Shown here in pieces: positions 42,268-52,339 of a stretch of 64,000 nt of DNA; within the stretch, counting starts at the first letter, position 1; the number at the start of each line of letters is the position of its first letter. The DNA is taken from positions 32,001 to 96,000 of the forward strand of contig CAWBNQ010000002.1 of NCBI GenBank assembly GCA_963790205.1. The letters are read 5' to 3'. The notes under the pieces are model-generated. The model saw only the letters and a list, made by a program, of their open reading frames with translations, was not told the DNA's origin and did no database searches. Source of the stretch: Nitrospirota bacterium (lineage in GTDB: Bacteria > Nitrospirota > UBA9217). Made by a program: the position numbers and the translations under genes.

Positions 42268-42900
42268 ATGGACCTTTTCGAGGCCATTCAAACCAGGAAA
42301 AGCATTCGCCGGTATAAACAGACATCGGTGCCGGATGAAGATATAAGAACAATCCTCGATGCGGGCAGATGGGCGCCCTCCGCAAACAACACCCAGCCGT
42401 GGAGCTTCATCGTCATCAAGGACCGCGAACTACTGAAGGGTATGGCCGCTGCTGTGCGGGAAATGATCGACCGGATGGTGCCCTATGCCGAGAGCGAGAA
42501 GCAGGCCCAGCGGCTCGCGGCATACAAGAACAACTACTACACCTTCTTCGAGCATGCTCCGGTCGCGATCGCCGTTTGCATGGAGGCCTATGACGCGGGC
42601 ATGGACCGCTTGCTTGCGAAGATGGGATATTCGGCGGAGGATATCAAAAGGCTCAGGCCCCTGCCCGGACTCCAGAGCGTCGCTGCGGCGATCCAGAACA
42701 TGCTCCTGGCAATACACTCCCTGGGCTACGGCTCCTGCTGGATGACCGGGCCCCTTGTGGCGCAGGAGGCGTTCGGGAAGCTCCTGGGTTTTGGAAAAGA
42801 AAAGTCCATTGCCGCGCTCCTGCCTGTCGGCGTGCCCGATGAAAATCCTCCGTTGAGGCCGAGGAAGCCGGTAGAGGAGACGATGAGAATCGTAGAGTGA
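42268..42900 (+). CDS. nitroreductase family protein
   Basis: RKSIRRY, APSANNTQPW and QNMLLAIHSLGYGSCW motifs. Confidence 0.92.
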   Translation: MDLFEAIQTRKSIRRYKQTSVPDEDIRTILDAGRWAPSANNTQPWSFIVIKDRELLKGMAAAVREMIDRMVPYAESEKQAQRLAAYKNNYYTFFEHAPVAIAVCMEAYDAGMDRLLAKMGYSAEDIKRLRPLPGLQSVAAAIQNMLLAIHSLGYGSCWMTGPLVAQEAFGKLLGFGKEKSIAALLPVGVPDENPPLRPRKPVEETMRIVE

Positions 42901-42988
42901 AAAAACAAGTAAGAAGCAGGAAGGAAGAATAAAAAAGCAGCCCCTCTTAATTCATACTTCTTACCTTAGCTCTTAGAGAGGTCCAGGG

Positions 42989-43135
42989 ATGATCGTGAAA
43001 AAAGAAACTGACAGGAACGAGGGAAAACAAGAACCAGGGCAAGACAATCTCTGGCTGAATATCGGGAAGACGATTTTTCTCATCGTGGTGCTGGTCGCCG
43101 CGTGGTTTATTCTGGAAAAGTTGATAGGAAAATAG
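42989..43135 (+). CDS. small single-pass membrane protein (48 aa), not in the ORF track
   Basis: MIVKKETDRNEGKQEPGQDNLWLNIGKTIFLIVVLVAAWFILEKLIGK; GAGAGG upstream. Confidence 0.55.
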   Translation: MIVKKETDRNEGKQEPGQDNLWLNIGKTIFLIVVLVAAWFILEKLIGK

Positions 43136-43207
43136 TCAAAAACAATCAGAAGCAGGAAGGTAGAAGGAAGAAATAAAGGCTTGCCTTCTTAATTCTAGCT
43201 TCTTAAC

Positions 43208-44755
43208 TTGTGTCTAACCTCTTCCTTGAATCTTAATTCTAACTTGGCAGAGCTTCCCGATATACCGCCCGCGTCCCCGCGCGAGGTCAAGATTGTTTTT
43301 GCCGGCCTGATGCTGGCGCTCATGCTGGCGTCGCTCGACCAGAACATCGTCGGCGTCGCGCTGCCCCGGATCGTGGGCGACCTGGGCGGCCTTAACCATT
43401 TGTCATGGGTCGTCACGTCGTTTATGCTCACCTCAACGGCAACCACGCCGCTCTACGGGAAGCTGAGCGACCTGTACGGTCGGAAGCCGCTCTTTATCGC
43501 GGCCATTCTCATATTCCTCGTCGGCTCCAGCCTCTGCGGGCTGTCCGGCTCCATGACCCAGCTCGTTCTTTTTCGCGGCATCCAGGGGCTCGGCGCGGGC
43601 GGTCTCATGACGCTTGCGATGACGACCGTGGCCGACCTCGTCGCGCCGCGTGAGCGCGGCCGCTATCAGGGCTATTTCGGCGCGGTCTTCGCCTTCTCCA
43701 GCATCGCGGGACCGCTTTTGGGCGGGTTCATTACCGACGCCCTGTCCTGGCGCTGGATCTTCTACATCAATCTGCCGGTCGGCGCTCTCGCCCTTGTTTT
43801 TTTCATTTTCGGATTTCACCGCCCCCATCGCGTCGTTGTTCACCGGATCGACTACGCGGGAGCGCTCCTGCTCGCCGCTGTTACGGTCGCGCTGCTTTTG
43901 GTGCTGACGTGGGGCGGGGTGCAGTACGCCTGGTCGTCGCCGCTCATTACGGGCCTGGCCGCATCGGCCATCGTCCTGTGCGCGCTCCTGGTGCATACGG
44001 AGCGTCGTTCCGCGGAGCCCGTGCTCGCCCCGCACATCCTTCACAACCGGGTCTTCCTGATATCCACGGGCGTCATGTTCCTTACGTTCATGGGCCTGTT
44101 CGGAGCGTCAATCTTCCTGCCGCTCTTTTTTCAGCTGGTTCTCGGGTATGCGCCGGCGCAGGCCGGGCTCATGCTCGCGCCCATGACCGGAGGAGTGGTT
44201 GTTGCGTCATTTATCGGAGGACGCCTCGTGACCCGCACCGGACGGTATAAGATCTTCCCGGTTCTGGGCCTGGCCGCGGCAACGCTTGCCTTTCTCGCGG
44301 TCATGTGGGCGACCGCAGCGAGAGTGAGCATCGGGTTTCTCGAGGCCTCGCTCATCATCTTCGGCATGGGCTTCGGCCTCGTCATGCCGAACCTCATGGT
44401 CGCCATTCAGAACGCCGTTCTTCCCGTGGAGCTGGGCTCCGCAACTGCGGCCACTGCCTACTTCCGTTCGCTCGGCGGCACCTTCGGCGTCGCGGTCTCC
44501 GGCGCTATCATGACGGCGCAACTGCAGGCGCTGCATGCGGAGAAGTGGACGGGAATGGCGAGGGGGGCCCGGTCTCTGCTCGAACAGGGGATCCAGCAGA
44601 TCAAGCAACTGCCCGCGGCGCAGAAAGACATCGTCATCGGAGCATACCGGCATGCGATCGGCACCACGTTCCTGCTCGGCTCGATCGTCATCGCGCTCGC
44701 GTTCGTCCTGGTGCTCTTTCTCCCCGAGCATCCGCTCAGGACCTCGAACAAGTAA
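43208..44755 (+). CDS. MFS drug:H+ antiporter (DHA2, 14 TMS)
   Basis: LASLDQNIV, GKLSDLYGRK, GPLLGG and WRWIFYINLP motifs. True start probably near 43244. Confidence 0.92.
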   Translation: MCLTSSLNLNSNLAELPDIPPASPREVKIVFAGLMLALMLASLDQNIVGVALPRIVGDLGGLNHLSWVVTSFMLTSTATTPLYGKLSDLYGRKPLFIAAILIFLVGSSLCGLSGSMTQLVLFRGIQGLGAGGLMTLAMTTVADLVAPRERGRYQGYFGAVFAFSSIAGPLLGGFITDALSWRWIFYINLPVGALALVFFIFGFHRPHRVVVHRIDYAGALLLAAVTVALLLVLTWGGVQYAWSSPLITGLAASAIVLCALLVHTERRSAEPVLAPHILHNRVFLISTGVMFLTFMGLFGASIFLPLFFQLVLGYAPAQAGLMLAPMTGGVVVASFIGGRLVTRTGRYKIFPVLGLAAATLAFLAVMWATAARVSIGFLEASLIIFGMGFGLVMPNLMVAIQNAVLPVELGSATAATAYFRSLGGTFGVAVSGAIMTAQLQALHAEKWTGMARGARSLLEQGIQQIKQLPAAQKDIVIGAYRHAIGTTFLLGSIVIALAFVLVLFLPEHPLRTSNK

Positions 44756-44888
44756 GAAGAAAGAAGTAAGAAAAAACAAGTAAGGAGTTAAGAATTAAGT
44801 AAGGATGGAATAAAGGCCGGGGGAAAAGGTACTTTCTCAGTCCCCCTTTTTTTTCATACATACTTCTTAATTCTTACTTGTTTTATCT

Positions 44889-45566
44889 TCACTTCATTTT
44901 ATTGATTGCAGCCTCGATCGCCGTCTTGACAGCGGGCTCGATGTTCGTAAACCTGATGCCGTAGAGATACATATCGGTCCGGGCGGCGACCCGGGCGGCC
45001 CGTGTAATTTCACCGTAGCCGCTGGCGTGTGTGCCGTCGGTGAGAAAGAACGAGAAAAAAATCCCGTCGCCTTTCGCAAGAGGTTCCTCAGACCTGATGA
45101 GCATCCCCTTGGCGCTGATATTTTCCGTAGTGAACGGACGCGGCTTATCCTTGAATTTGCCCTGAATGGCCACGGCCAGCGCGGCGCGGTAGGATCTCCG
45201 GGGCGCAACGTTCAGAAACTGCCGCATCTTGTTTTGAAGCAGAATGTCATCGACGGGCATGGTGAAGACCGCGTTGGCGCGGCACCGCTTGTATTGTTCG
45301 CGGTGGGCAAGCGTGTCCTCGCAGATGATGATGGTGGAAACCCGGCGCAGCTCCTCGCTTTCCCGGATCGTCTCAAAGAATTCTTCGCCCTTCATGTCGG
45401 GCATGTTGAGCTCTGTAACGATGAGGTCGACCCCTTCCTTCCGGTGAATCTTCAGCATCCGAGCGTAGGTGTATGCGGTGTATACCGCAATGTCTGCACG
45501 CTCAAGAAAACCGCCTTTCCCGGCGAAAAGGGCCTTCAGGTTATCAGCCAGCAGTACTTTTTTCAT
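44889..45566 (-). CDS. pseudo-receiver + PilZ protein
   Basis: REC fold with Glu at the phosphoacceptor position (LIVTELNMP); PilZ motifs RRSYR and NISAKG. Confidence 0.8.
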   Translation of the reverse strand: MKKVLLADNLKALFAGKGGFLERADIAVYTAYTYARMLKIHRKEGVDLIVTELNMPDMKGEEFFETIRESEELRRVSTIIICEDTLAHREQYKRCRANAVFTMPVDDILLQNKMRQFLNVAPRRSYRAALAVAIQGKFKDKPRPFTTENISAKGMLIRSEEPLAKGDGIFFSFFLTDGTHASGYGEITRAARVAARTDMYLYGIRFTNIEPAVKTAIEAAINKMK

Positions 45567-45986
45567 AATCTGCCTCGTTTCCGTCGTTGCAACAGCGTTG
45601 GAGGTCCCCACTCCGCATTTTGAACTCTTACTACTTAATTATTTACAGGATGTTTTAATATCAGCCTATATTATTATATCAGGTCAAGCGGAATAAAGAA
45701 AAAAATAGAAGAGCCGCCTGTACCGTGCGGCCTGTATCCTGAATCTGGAATCCTGCGTCCCGCAGTACCATTCCGCACTCGCCACGCCGCACTCTAATCG
45801 TTTCCCCGTCTGGTTTCACCCATTCCGCATTTGGTGAAAATCCCCCGTCTCTTTTTATTGCCATTTACCATCGGCTTGTAGTACTGTCTTCCATGTATAT
45901 ATATTATTATATAGAACCGTATATAATATAATCATCTTTTTTACTTCTTACTTTTTCCTTCTAATTTTGTGATGCGGAGGACCGGC

Positions 45987-46724
45987 ATGTACAAAATATA
46001 CCTCTCCACCATGCTTCTTTTCATGCCGTCCACAATGTCAGCGAACGCGGAGGAGCGGTTCCAATCCGACGTGATCGGGACACCGGCGGGCGACTTGAAG
46101 ATCATGTTCATCGGCCACGCATCGCTCATCTTCTTCTTTAACAACAAAACATTCTATGCCGATCCGTACAGCAAGCTCGCGGATTATTCATTGCTCCCGA
46201 AAGCCGATGCTATCGTCATCACCCATGAGCACCGGGACCACCTTGATCTTGCCGCGATCAAGAAGGTCCGGACGGAAAAGACAGGGGTTGTGCTGACCGA
46301 GGCCGGCGCAAGGCAGCTCTTGGGCGGCATTGTCATGAAGAACGGAGACGTGCAGATCGTCGAAGGCGTCACGATCGAGGCCGTGCCGGCCTACAATATC
46401 GTCCACAAACGCGACACCGGGGAGTCTTTTCATCCCAAGGGCGCGGGGAACGGGTACATCATGACCTTCGGCGACAAGCGGGTGTATGTGGCAGGGGACA
46501 CGGAGAACATCCCCGAGATGGCGGGGCTCAAGAACATAGACATCGCGTTCCTGCCGATGAACCTGCCGTACACCATGACCCCGGAAATGACCGCCGCCGC
46601 CGCGAAGATGGTCCAGCCGAAGATCCTTTACCCTTACCATTACGGGTCCACCGATACGTCCCTGCTCACGGCGCTGCTAAAGGACCAGAAGGGGATCGAG
46701 GTGCGTATTCGGAAGATGGAATAG
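45987..46724 (+). CDS. MBL-fold metallo-hydrolase
   Basis: GHAS, THEHRDH, AGDT and PYHY motifs. Confidence 0.9.
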   Translation: MYKIYLSTMLLFMPSTMSANAEERFQSDVIGTPAGDLKIMFIGHASLIFFFNNKTFYADPYSKLADYSLLPKADAIVITHEHRDHLDLAAIKKVRTEKTGVVLTEAGARQLLGGIVMKNGDVQIVEGVTIEAVPAYNIVHKRDTGESFHPKGAGNGYIMTFGDKRVYVAGDTENIPEMAGLKNIDIAFLPMNLPYTMTPEMTAAAAKMVQPKILYPYHYGSTDTSLLTALLKDQKGIEVRIRKME

Positions 46725-46751
46725 TGCGGCGAAGTAAGAAGGAAAAAGGCA

Positions 46752-47145
46752 AACCGGTCACAATTTGTGACCGGTTCAAAGAAGAATTCGACAATTTGGA
46801 GTGCTATTTTGAAACATCAAGTCGGGGCGGGAAGCGGCGAATGTCGAGAGAAAAGCCTGACTCTATGGAGCGCTTGACCTTTCCTTGATAATTGCGGAGA
46901 ATACATGAACTCTCTCGTACTAATCGAAGTAATTGAGAAAAAGATATTATTGATCGGCGGTCAGAAGGCCATGCTGGACAGCGACCTTGCAGCTCTTTAC
47001 GGCGTGACTACCAAACGGCTGAACGAACAGGTCCGCCATAATTTGAAGCGATTTCCATAGATTTCATGTACCAGCTGTCTCAAGAGGAAATTGAATCTTT
47101 GAAGTCGCATTTTGCGATTTCAAGTTTGTGGGGCGGCAGACGGAG
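46752..47145 (+). pseudogene. ORF6N (KilA-N-like) pseudogene plus upstream ORF6N fragments
   Basis: ATG 46905: MNSLVLIEVIEKKILLIGGQKAMLDSDLAALYGVTTKRLNEQVRHNLKRFP*, then shifted DFMYQLSQEEIESLKSHFAISSLWGGRR. Related fragments at 46752-46840. Confidence 0.8.
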
Positions 47146-47307
47146 CCTGAAGCCGGAGTGAAAGGGGCATTGGAAGGGGCATAACTCAATTTTTGAGTCT
47201 GGTTAGAAATGTGGTACCCGGGCGTTTAAGTCAGGAGATTTGATGAAATCGATCATATCGACAGCGCAAATAACTATCAGGAAGAACGACTTGACCTTAC
47301 AGGTCTG

Positions 47308-48879
47308 CTAAAGGTTCCCGGATTTTACTTCAGTGCTCCGCGTGGTCTTTGTTCTCACCACAACGGTCTCGGCCACCATATCGCCTAACCGCTGCCACTT
47401 GAGCGTCCCCGCCATGCAGACCGCGCCTACCAGATAATAGAAGAACGCATCAACGATCCGAAGCAGATTCCGGAGAAATCCGGCAGCGACGCTGCAGGGC
47501 GTGAAGTCCTGCTTCAGGACCCGTATGCCGCAGATCCTCTTTCCCAGGGTCGCGCCGTACAGGCCTTCGAGCAGGGACTGGTAGAGGAAGCCGCCGACAA
47601 AATAAAAAACGAACGTGGCGAGGACCATGAGCACAACAGGGAGGGGGTTCCGGGGAAAACCTTCCACGACCACGAACAGAGCGACCACGACCGAGGGCGG
47701 GATGATGAGGAACAAATTATCGAGGAGGTACGCGATGAACCTCCTGAACAGGCTGGCAAACTCATACTGCGTCTCGCCCGCTGTCCAGTGACGGTCCTTG
47801 AAATGACGGAAGAGCGCCGAGAGGCCGAAGATGGAAAGGAATAACGCGAGGTTCATGCCGAGCACGATCGCGGACATGCTTCCCAGCATGCGGGCCGGGC
47901 TGAACGCGGAGTCGAGACGGACGGGGTTTGCGAGTGTCCCCTTCTCTATGGTGTAGAGCGTCCGTGAAAGGCCCTGCTGCACGAGGAGCATGGGTTTTCC
48001 CTTCTGCATGAAGACGTCCCAGTCATGAAACCCGTTCAAGACCGGAAGACGCGTTGGTCCGGTCCATTCGTTGTTCTCGAACACATACAGGCTGAGCATG
48101 CGGTTGTTGCCGGAGCCTTCTCGGTGGAAGAAATAGAGCCGGTCTCCGCCGGCAATGACCTGAAAGCCGCCGGAGAGCGGCGACATTGCCGCGGGCAGCC
48201 AGGACGAGCCGTTCCAGATGGTCCAGGATATGGCGTTGTCCCCGGGCCAGAACAGGCAGAGCCGTCCCTGGTACCAGGCGAGCTGCGTGCAATGGCACGA
48301 ACTCTCCTTCCAGTCGCGGAGGAACTGCTCCGGTAGGGGAAGGGACGTGACGGTCGTGTCCGTGATGCGGTTCAGGCGCGCCGTGTCGCCAAAGCCGCTC
48401 ACGACGTATAGGCCGTCGGGCGTTATGAGCCCGGTGGGCTCATGACCGATGCCGTCCGTTTTTACCACGGTCCATCCGGTCCCGTCAAAGGAGCGGTACA
48501 TGCCGTCGCTGAAAAGGACAATGCGGTTGTTCGAGCCGCTGACGGAGTCATGGGGCGGTATCTCCTGGGGTGTCGACAGTTTCGTCCCTTCCAGGACGGC
48601 GAGGAAGTGCTTTTCCCGGGGCTCCTGCTTCTCTTTGAATGAAAGTTTGCTCAGGTCGGCCGTCCGGGTAAGAAGATAGGTCCGGTTGCCGTCGGAGAGG
48701 GCCGCCGTGGTGAAGGATTGCGCCGGCATCATGCCGAAGAACAGGCCGGGCTTCAGGAGCATGACGAGGAAGAACAGAACATAAAAGGCGCCGAACGCTC
48801 CCACGCCAAGCACGCCTACGCCGATGGCAAGCTGCTGATTGGTCTTCTTCCGTTTTTCGAGGTCAACAGCTTCGCTCAT
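47308..48879 (-). CDS. RDD-family membrane protein with a large extracytoplasmic beta-rich domain
   Basis: RRFIAYLLD, GATLGK, RNLLRIVD and QRLGDMVAETVVV motifs. Confidence 0.85.
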   Translation of the reverse strand: MSEAVDLEKRKKTNQQLAIGVGVLGVGAFGAFYVLFFLVMLLKPGLFFGMMPAQSFTTAALSDGNRTYLLTRTADLSKLSFKEKQEPREKHFLAVLEGTKLSTPQEIPPHDSVSGSNNRIVLFSDGMYRSFDGTGWTVVKTDGIGHEPTGLITPDGLYVVSGFGDTARLNRITDTTVTSLPLPEQFLRDWKESSCHCTQLAWYQGRLCLFWPGDNAISWTIWNGSSWLPAAMSPLSGGFQVIAGGDRLYFFHREGSGNNRMLSLYVFENNEWTGPTRLPVLNGFHDWDVFMQKGKPMLLVQQGLSRTLYTIEKGTLANPVRLDSAFSPARMLGSMSAIVLGMNLALFLSIFGLSALFRHFKDRHWTAGETQYEFASLFRRFIAYLLDNLFLIIPPSVVVALFVVVEGFPRNPLPVVLMVLATFVFYFVGGFLYQSLLEGLYGATLGKRICGIRVLKQDFTPCSVAAGFLRNLLRIVDAFFYYLVGAVCMAGTLKWQRLGDMVAETVVVRTKTTRSTEVKSGNL

Positions 48880-49243
48880 GACCGTTCCTCCGGGGCAATG
48901 CGTTCCGTGCATTGTTTTGTTAGAGTATATAGACAGGCCGTTCTTTGTCAAGAAATTTGAGGCCGGGAACATCCGGGGGCCTGAAAAAAAGTCTGCCAAA
49001 GGGGAGGCCGTTCTCCTGTTGAAGCTGTTCTTCAAGGGCCGCGGTAATTAAATCTCGGAATGTGGATTCGTAAAAGCGGGAGCAGGGGACCCGGGGGGGC
49101 GGGTCAGTCTCTATCCGTACCAGCTGAGAACCTCTTAGACATAATGGTTGACAGTTGAAAATCAAGTGACCTGCCCCTTGCAACGTGGGTTATACTTGGG
49201 AACCCGGTTCCCAAATACAGAGCCACAACCAAGGAGGCAGGTC

Positions 49244-50353
49244 ATGAAACATTCTATCATTTTTGTCGGACTCGATGTACATAAAGATTCTATTGATATC
49301 GCCCTGGCCGATGACGGCAGAAACGGAGAGATCAGATTCTACGGCACCATCGGTGGCGATCTGACGTCGCTCGACAAGGCGATCCGTAAATTCCGCCGTT
49401 CTGGTACTGAGCTTCGCTTCGTCTATGAAGCAGGCCCCTGTGGCTATGAGATCTATCGACATCTGACCGCTCAAGGGTTCCGCTGCGATGTTATCGCGCC
49501 TTCGATGACACCGAAGAAGAGCGGCGATCGTATCAAAACCGACCGACGGGATGCATTGTCCCTGGCCCGACTCTACCGGGCGGGCGAATTGACGCCAGTT
49601 TACGTTCCCCGCGAGGATGACGAAGCCATGCGTGATCTCGTTCGTGGCCGGGGGGACGCCGTAAACGCAACACGGAAGGCCCGGCAACGCTTGAGCGCTT
49701 TCATTCTCCGCCATGGCTTCCGATATTCGGGCAGAAATGCCTGGAGCGTAGTCCATCTGCGGTGGCTTGCGGATATCAAGATGCCGCATCCGGCCCAGCA
49801 AATCACGCTTCAGGAGTACATCAACAGCATCGAAGAGAGTTCTGAGCGTGTTGACCGCTTGACCGATCAGATATTGAACCTGATTCCGGCATGGCGCATG
49901 GCACCGGTCGTGGCTGCTCTCCAATCTCTTCGGGGCGTGGCACCCATCGTTGCAACAACTATGGTGGTCGAGATCGGAGACCTCCGACGATTCGATAATC
50001 CCCGGCAGCTCATGGCCTATCTGGGATTGGTACCCTCAGAAAACTCCAGCGGCCAGACCACCAAGCGGGGCGGCATCACGAAAACGGGCAATAGCCATGC
50101 TCGGCGAGCCTTGATCGAAGCAGCACAGACATATAGTTTCCCTGCCAAGGTCAGCAGGGTGCTCCTCAAGCGTCAAGAAGGCTTGCCACGCGAGATTAAG
50201 GAGATCTCCTGGAAAGCCCAAGTGCGGCTCTGTGGACGATTCCGCAAACTCATGGCCAAGGGAAAAAGCAGAAACGGGACCATAACCGCGATCGCGCGAG
50301 AACTTTCCGGGTTTATGTGGGCCATTGCCAAGGAAGTACCCATGCCTGCATAA
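49244..50353 (+). CDS. IS110-family recombinase/transposase (DEDD RuvC + Tnp20)
   Basis: VGLDVHK, YEAG, KTDRRDA, LGLVPSENSSG (catalytic Ser) and ITKTGN motifs. Confidence 0.96.
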   Translation: MKHSIIFVGLDVHKDSIDIALADDGRNGEIRFYGTIGGDLTSLDKAIRKFRRSGTELRFVYEAGPCGYEIYRHLTAQGFRCDVIAPSMTPKKSGDRIKTDRRDALSLARLYRAGELTPVYVPREDDEAMRDLVRGRGDAVNATRKARQRLSAFILRHGFRYSGRNAWSVVHLRWLADIKMPHPAQQITLQEYINSIEESSERVDRLTDQILNLIPAWRMAPVVAALQSLRGVAPIVATTMVVEIGDLRRFDNPRQLMAYLGLVPSENSSGQTTKRGGITKTGNSHARRALIEAAQTYSFPAKVSRVLLKRQEGLPREIKEISWKAQVRLCGRFRKLMAKGKSRNGTITAIARELSGFMWAIAKEVPMPA

Positions 50354-50418
50354 GACCAGAAACACTTTCAAAGAACGTGACAGCTATTAAGGAGAACTGA
50401 CAAGATCAGATACAACTA

Positions 50419-50607
50419 TCTAGAGCATCACCAGAGACGCGACCACGATCAGGAGAACTCTCGTTGACCCTATGGAATAAGGCCTAGCCGAACTTCCGCT
50501 CTTAGAGCGAGACAGCTCCGCGATGCAGACAAGTCATGCGGTCAAATCCGCGAATATCAGAGTGATCAATCGTCGCCGATAGGTCCCGTCTCTGGTTATG
50601 CCCTAGA
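50419..50607 (+). ncRNA. putative bridge/seek RNA of the IS110 element
   Basis: Long closing stem 50419-50444 / 50582-50607; internal segments match the reconstructed target and donor junctions. Confidence 0.8.
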
Positions 50608-50929
50608 GCAATAACTAACATCATCCTTTTACACAAAGGGGCGGGGAAACTGTTTTCTCCTTGACAACTGTCAACCATATCAGGGTCAGGGCGTTCATTT
50701 TGACATTTTCCCTTTCCCCCGGCTCGCGGAGTCCCTGAGAGGGGACAGGCTGCGTTTCTGACAGCACGGCTATTGCGCCGTCTTTTGGATAGCAGGGTTT
50801 TTGCGAACGCGGCATGCATCGCCACGGCTGTGTTTGTGCTATTGTATAAGTATGCACCCAAGCAACACGAATATCTCAGGGTCATGGTGCTGCTGTTGCC
50901 CCCCCGCTTTAAACGGGATGAATTTACCT

Positions 50930-51343
50930 ATGATCGTTGCAAGATACAGGGTCCGTCGTATCAGAATGGCTATCGGCATTCTGCTGGCAATTGCCGCTGC
51001 AGGCTGCGCCGCGGGCATCACCCGTGCGGAGCTCCTGGAGCAGATGCAGGCGGGAAATCCGCCTCTGATCGTTGACGTCCGGTCCCAGGGCGAGTATGAT
51101 CGGGACCATGTGCCGGGGGCGGTGCACATTCCCTTTTATGCGATCGGCTCCGGTTTGAATGCATTGGGATTTTCGAAACGGGCGCCTGTCGTGCTCTATT
51201 GCGAACACGGCCCGCGGGCGAGTATCGCCGGATTCGCGCTGTTCCTGTCGGGGTACGACAAGGTGTATTCCCTTGAGGGCCACATGAAGGGCTGGAGAAA
51301 TAACGGATTCCCCCTTGAAATAATTTCATCACCGCGAAAGTGA
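50930..51343 (+). CDS. rhodanese-like protein, probable lipoprotein
   Basis: IVDVRS..EY...HVPGA, YCEHGPRA and LEGHMKGW motifs; AAGC lipobox. Start uncertain (50930 or 50966). Confidence 0.85.
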   Translation: MIVARYRVRRIRMAIGILLAIAAAGCAAGITRAELLEQMQAGNPPLIVDVRSQGEYDRDHVPGAVHIPFYAIGSGLNALGFSKRAPVVLYCEHGPRASIAGFALFLSGYDKVYSLEGHMKGWRNNGFPLEIISSPRK

Positions 51344-51782
51344 ATGCATGTACAGTGCAACGGCGGCGGTCCGGTTCCCCGAAAATTTCGGGGACATTGA
51401 TACCCAGCGGACTGACCGGGGGCGTTGCTGTTGAAATTGTGTGAAGAGAAAAAATCGGGAGGAAAATATGTTTTTTCCTCCTCAGGAAAGCAAGCTCCGC
51501 GGGCTTTTCCGCATACACCCTGTTAGGGCGCTGACCTGGCTGCTGCTCCGTGCTTCCCGCCAACCTTGGCGATCATCACCAAAGCAACGTTACCCTCCAC
51601 AGAACAATTAATACCCCATGGCACTCACCATACAGACTCGATAAATTGAGCAGTTGTGTTGTATGGTAACTTGCAGGATCTTTTTGTGCGGTTCTTAACC
51701 GGGGTTGCCGCTGCAGGAGATGCTACTATCCAAAAAAAGCCCGGGAGACAAATCCTGGGCCTCTTTTCAAGACCGATCCGGG

Positions 51783-51977
51783 TTAATTCAGGATGCAGGT
51801 AGCCGCGACTATTGCGTGGGCTTCTTGCTTGCTCATATCGTCCGTCTGATAATAGATATAGTCATCAACCATATCGCAAAGCTCTTTGCGGGGAATATCC
51901 GGCATCAATTCGCGGACTTCCTCTTGAAATAACTTCGCAGCGTCGGAAGCTGTTTCTTTCTTCTCTATCCTGTTCAT
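51783..51977 (-). CDS. small hypothetical protein (64 aa)
   Basis: GGGAGG RBS, ATG at 51977, terminator-like hairpin downstream. Confidence 0.6.
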   Translation of the reverse strand: MNRIEKKETASDAAKLFQEEVRELMPDIPRKELCDMVDDYIYYQTDDMSKQEAHAIVAATCILN

Positions 51978-52339
51978 AATGCCTCCCTTCTGGCCCGGAG
52001 ACCGGGTGTCTGCGAGACCCCTTGCGGGCTCTCTGAGGGAAAGAGGTCTATTCCTGTCTTCATTATACCACAATATCACACTTCCCGTTATCTTCTTCCG
52101 GGACGTAACAGGGAAGCGAACCTCAAGCACGGCGCAGATGAAAAAACAGCATTAAGAAAGATTTTCTGATTACCTCTGATATGCTTAAAAAAGCATCGGC
52201 GTCGCAGCCTGGATAACGCCGGGGCGGTTTCCTGAGAAGGAGGTATTATTGTGCTCGCAGGCGGCATCGTGCTGCCGGGTTATGGGAAGCAAGAAAGGCT
52301 AAAGGGAGGCAAACAACGATGTGTGAAAGAGGCAACAAA

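Larger units (their letters stand above)
49137..50683 (+). mobile_element. IS110-family element, IS1111 type
   Basis: Perfect 14-bp sub-terminal inverted repeats ATGGTTGACAGTTG (49144-49157 and 50665-50678), AG core at both ends, long 3' non-coding end. Confidence 0.92.

Noticed and set aside
51360..52070. Possible structured ncRNAs (hairpins near 51376-51394 and 52013-52035)
   Set aside because: Only isolated hairpins with no recognisable family; cannot be supported without covariance analysis.
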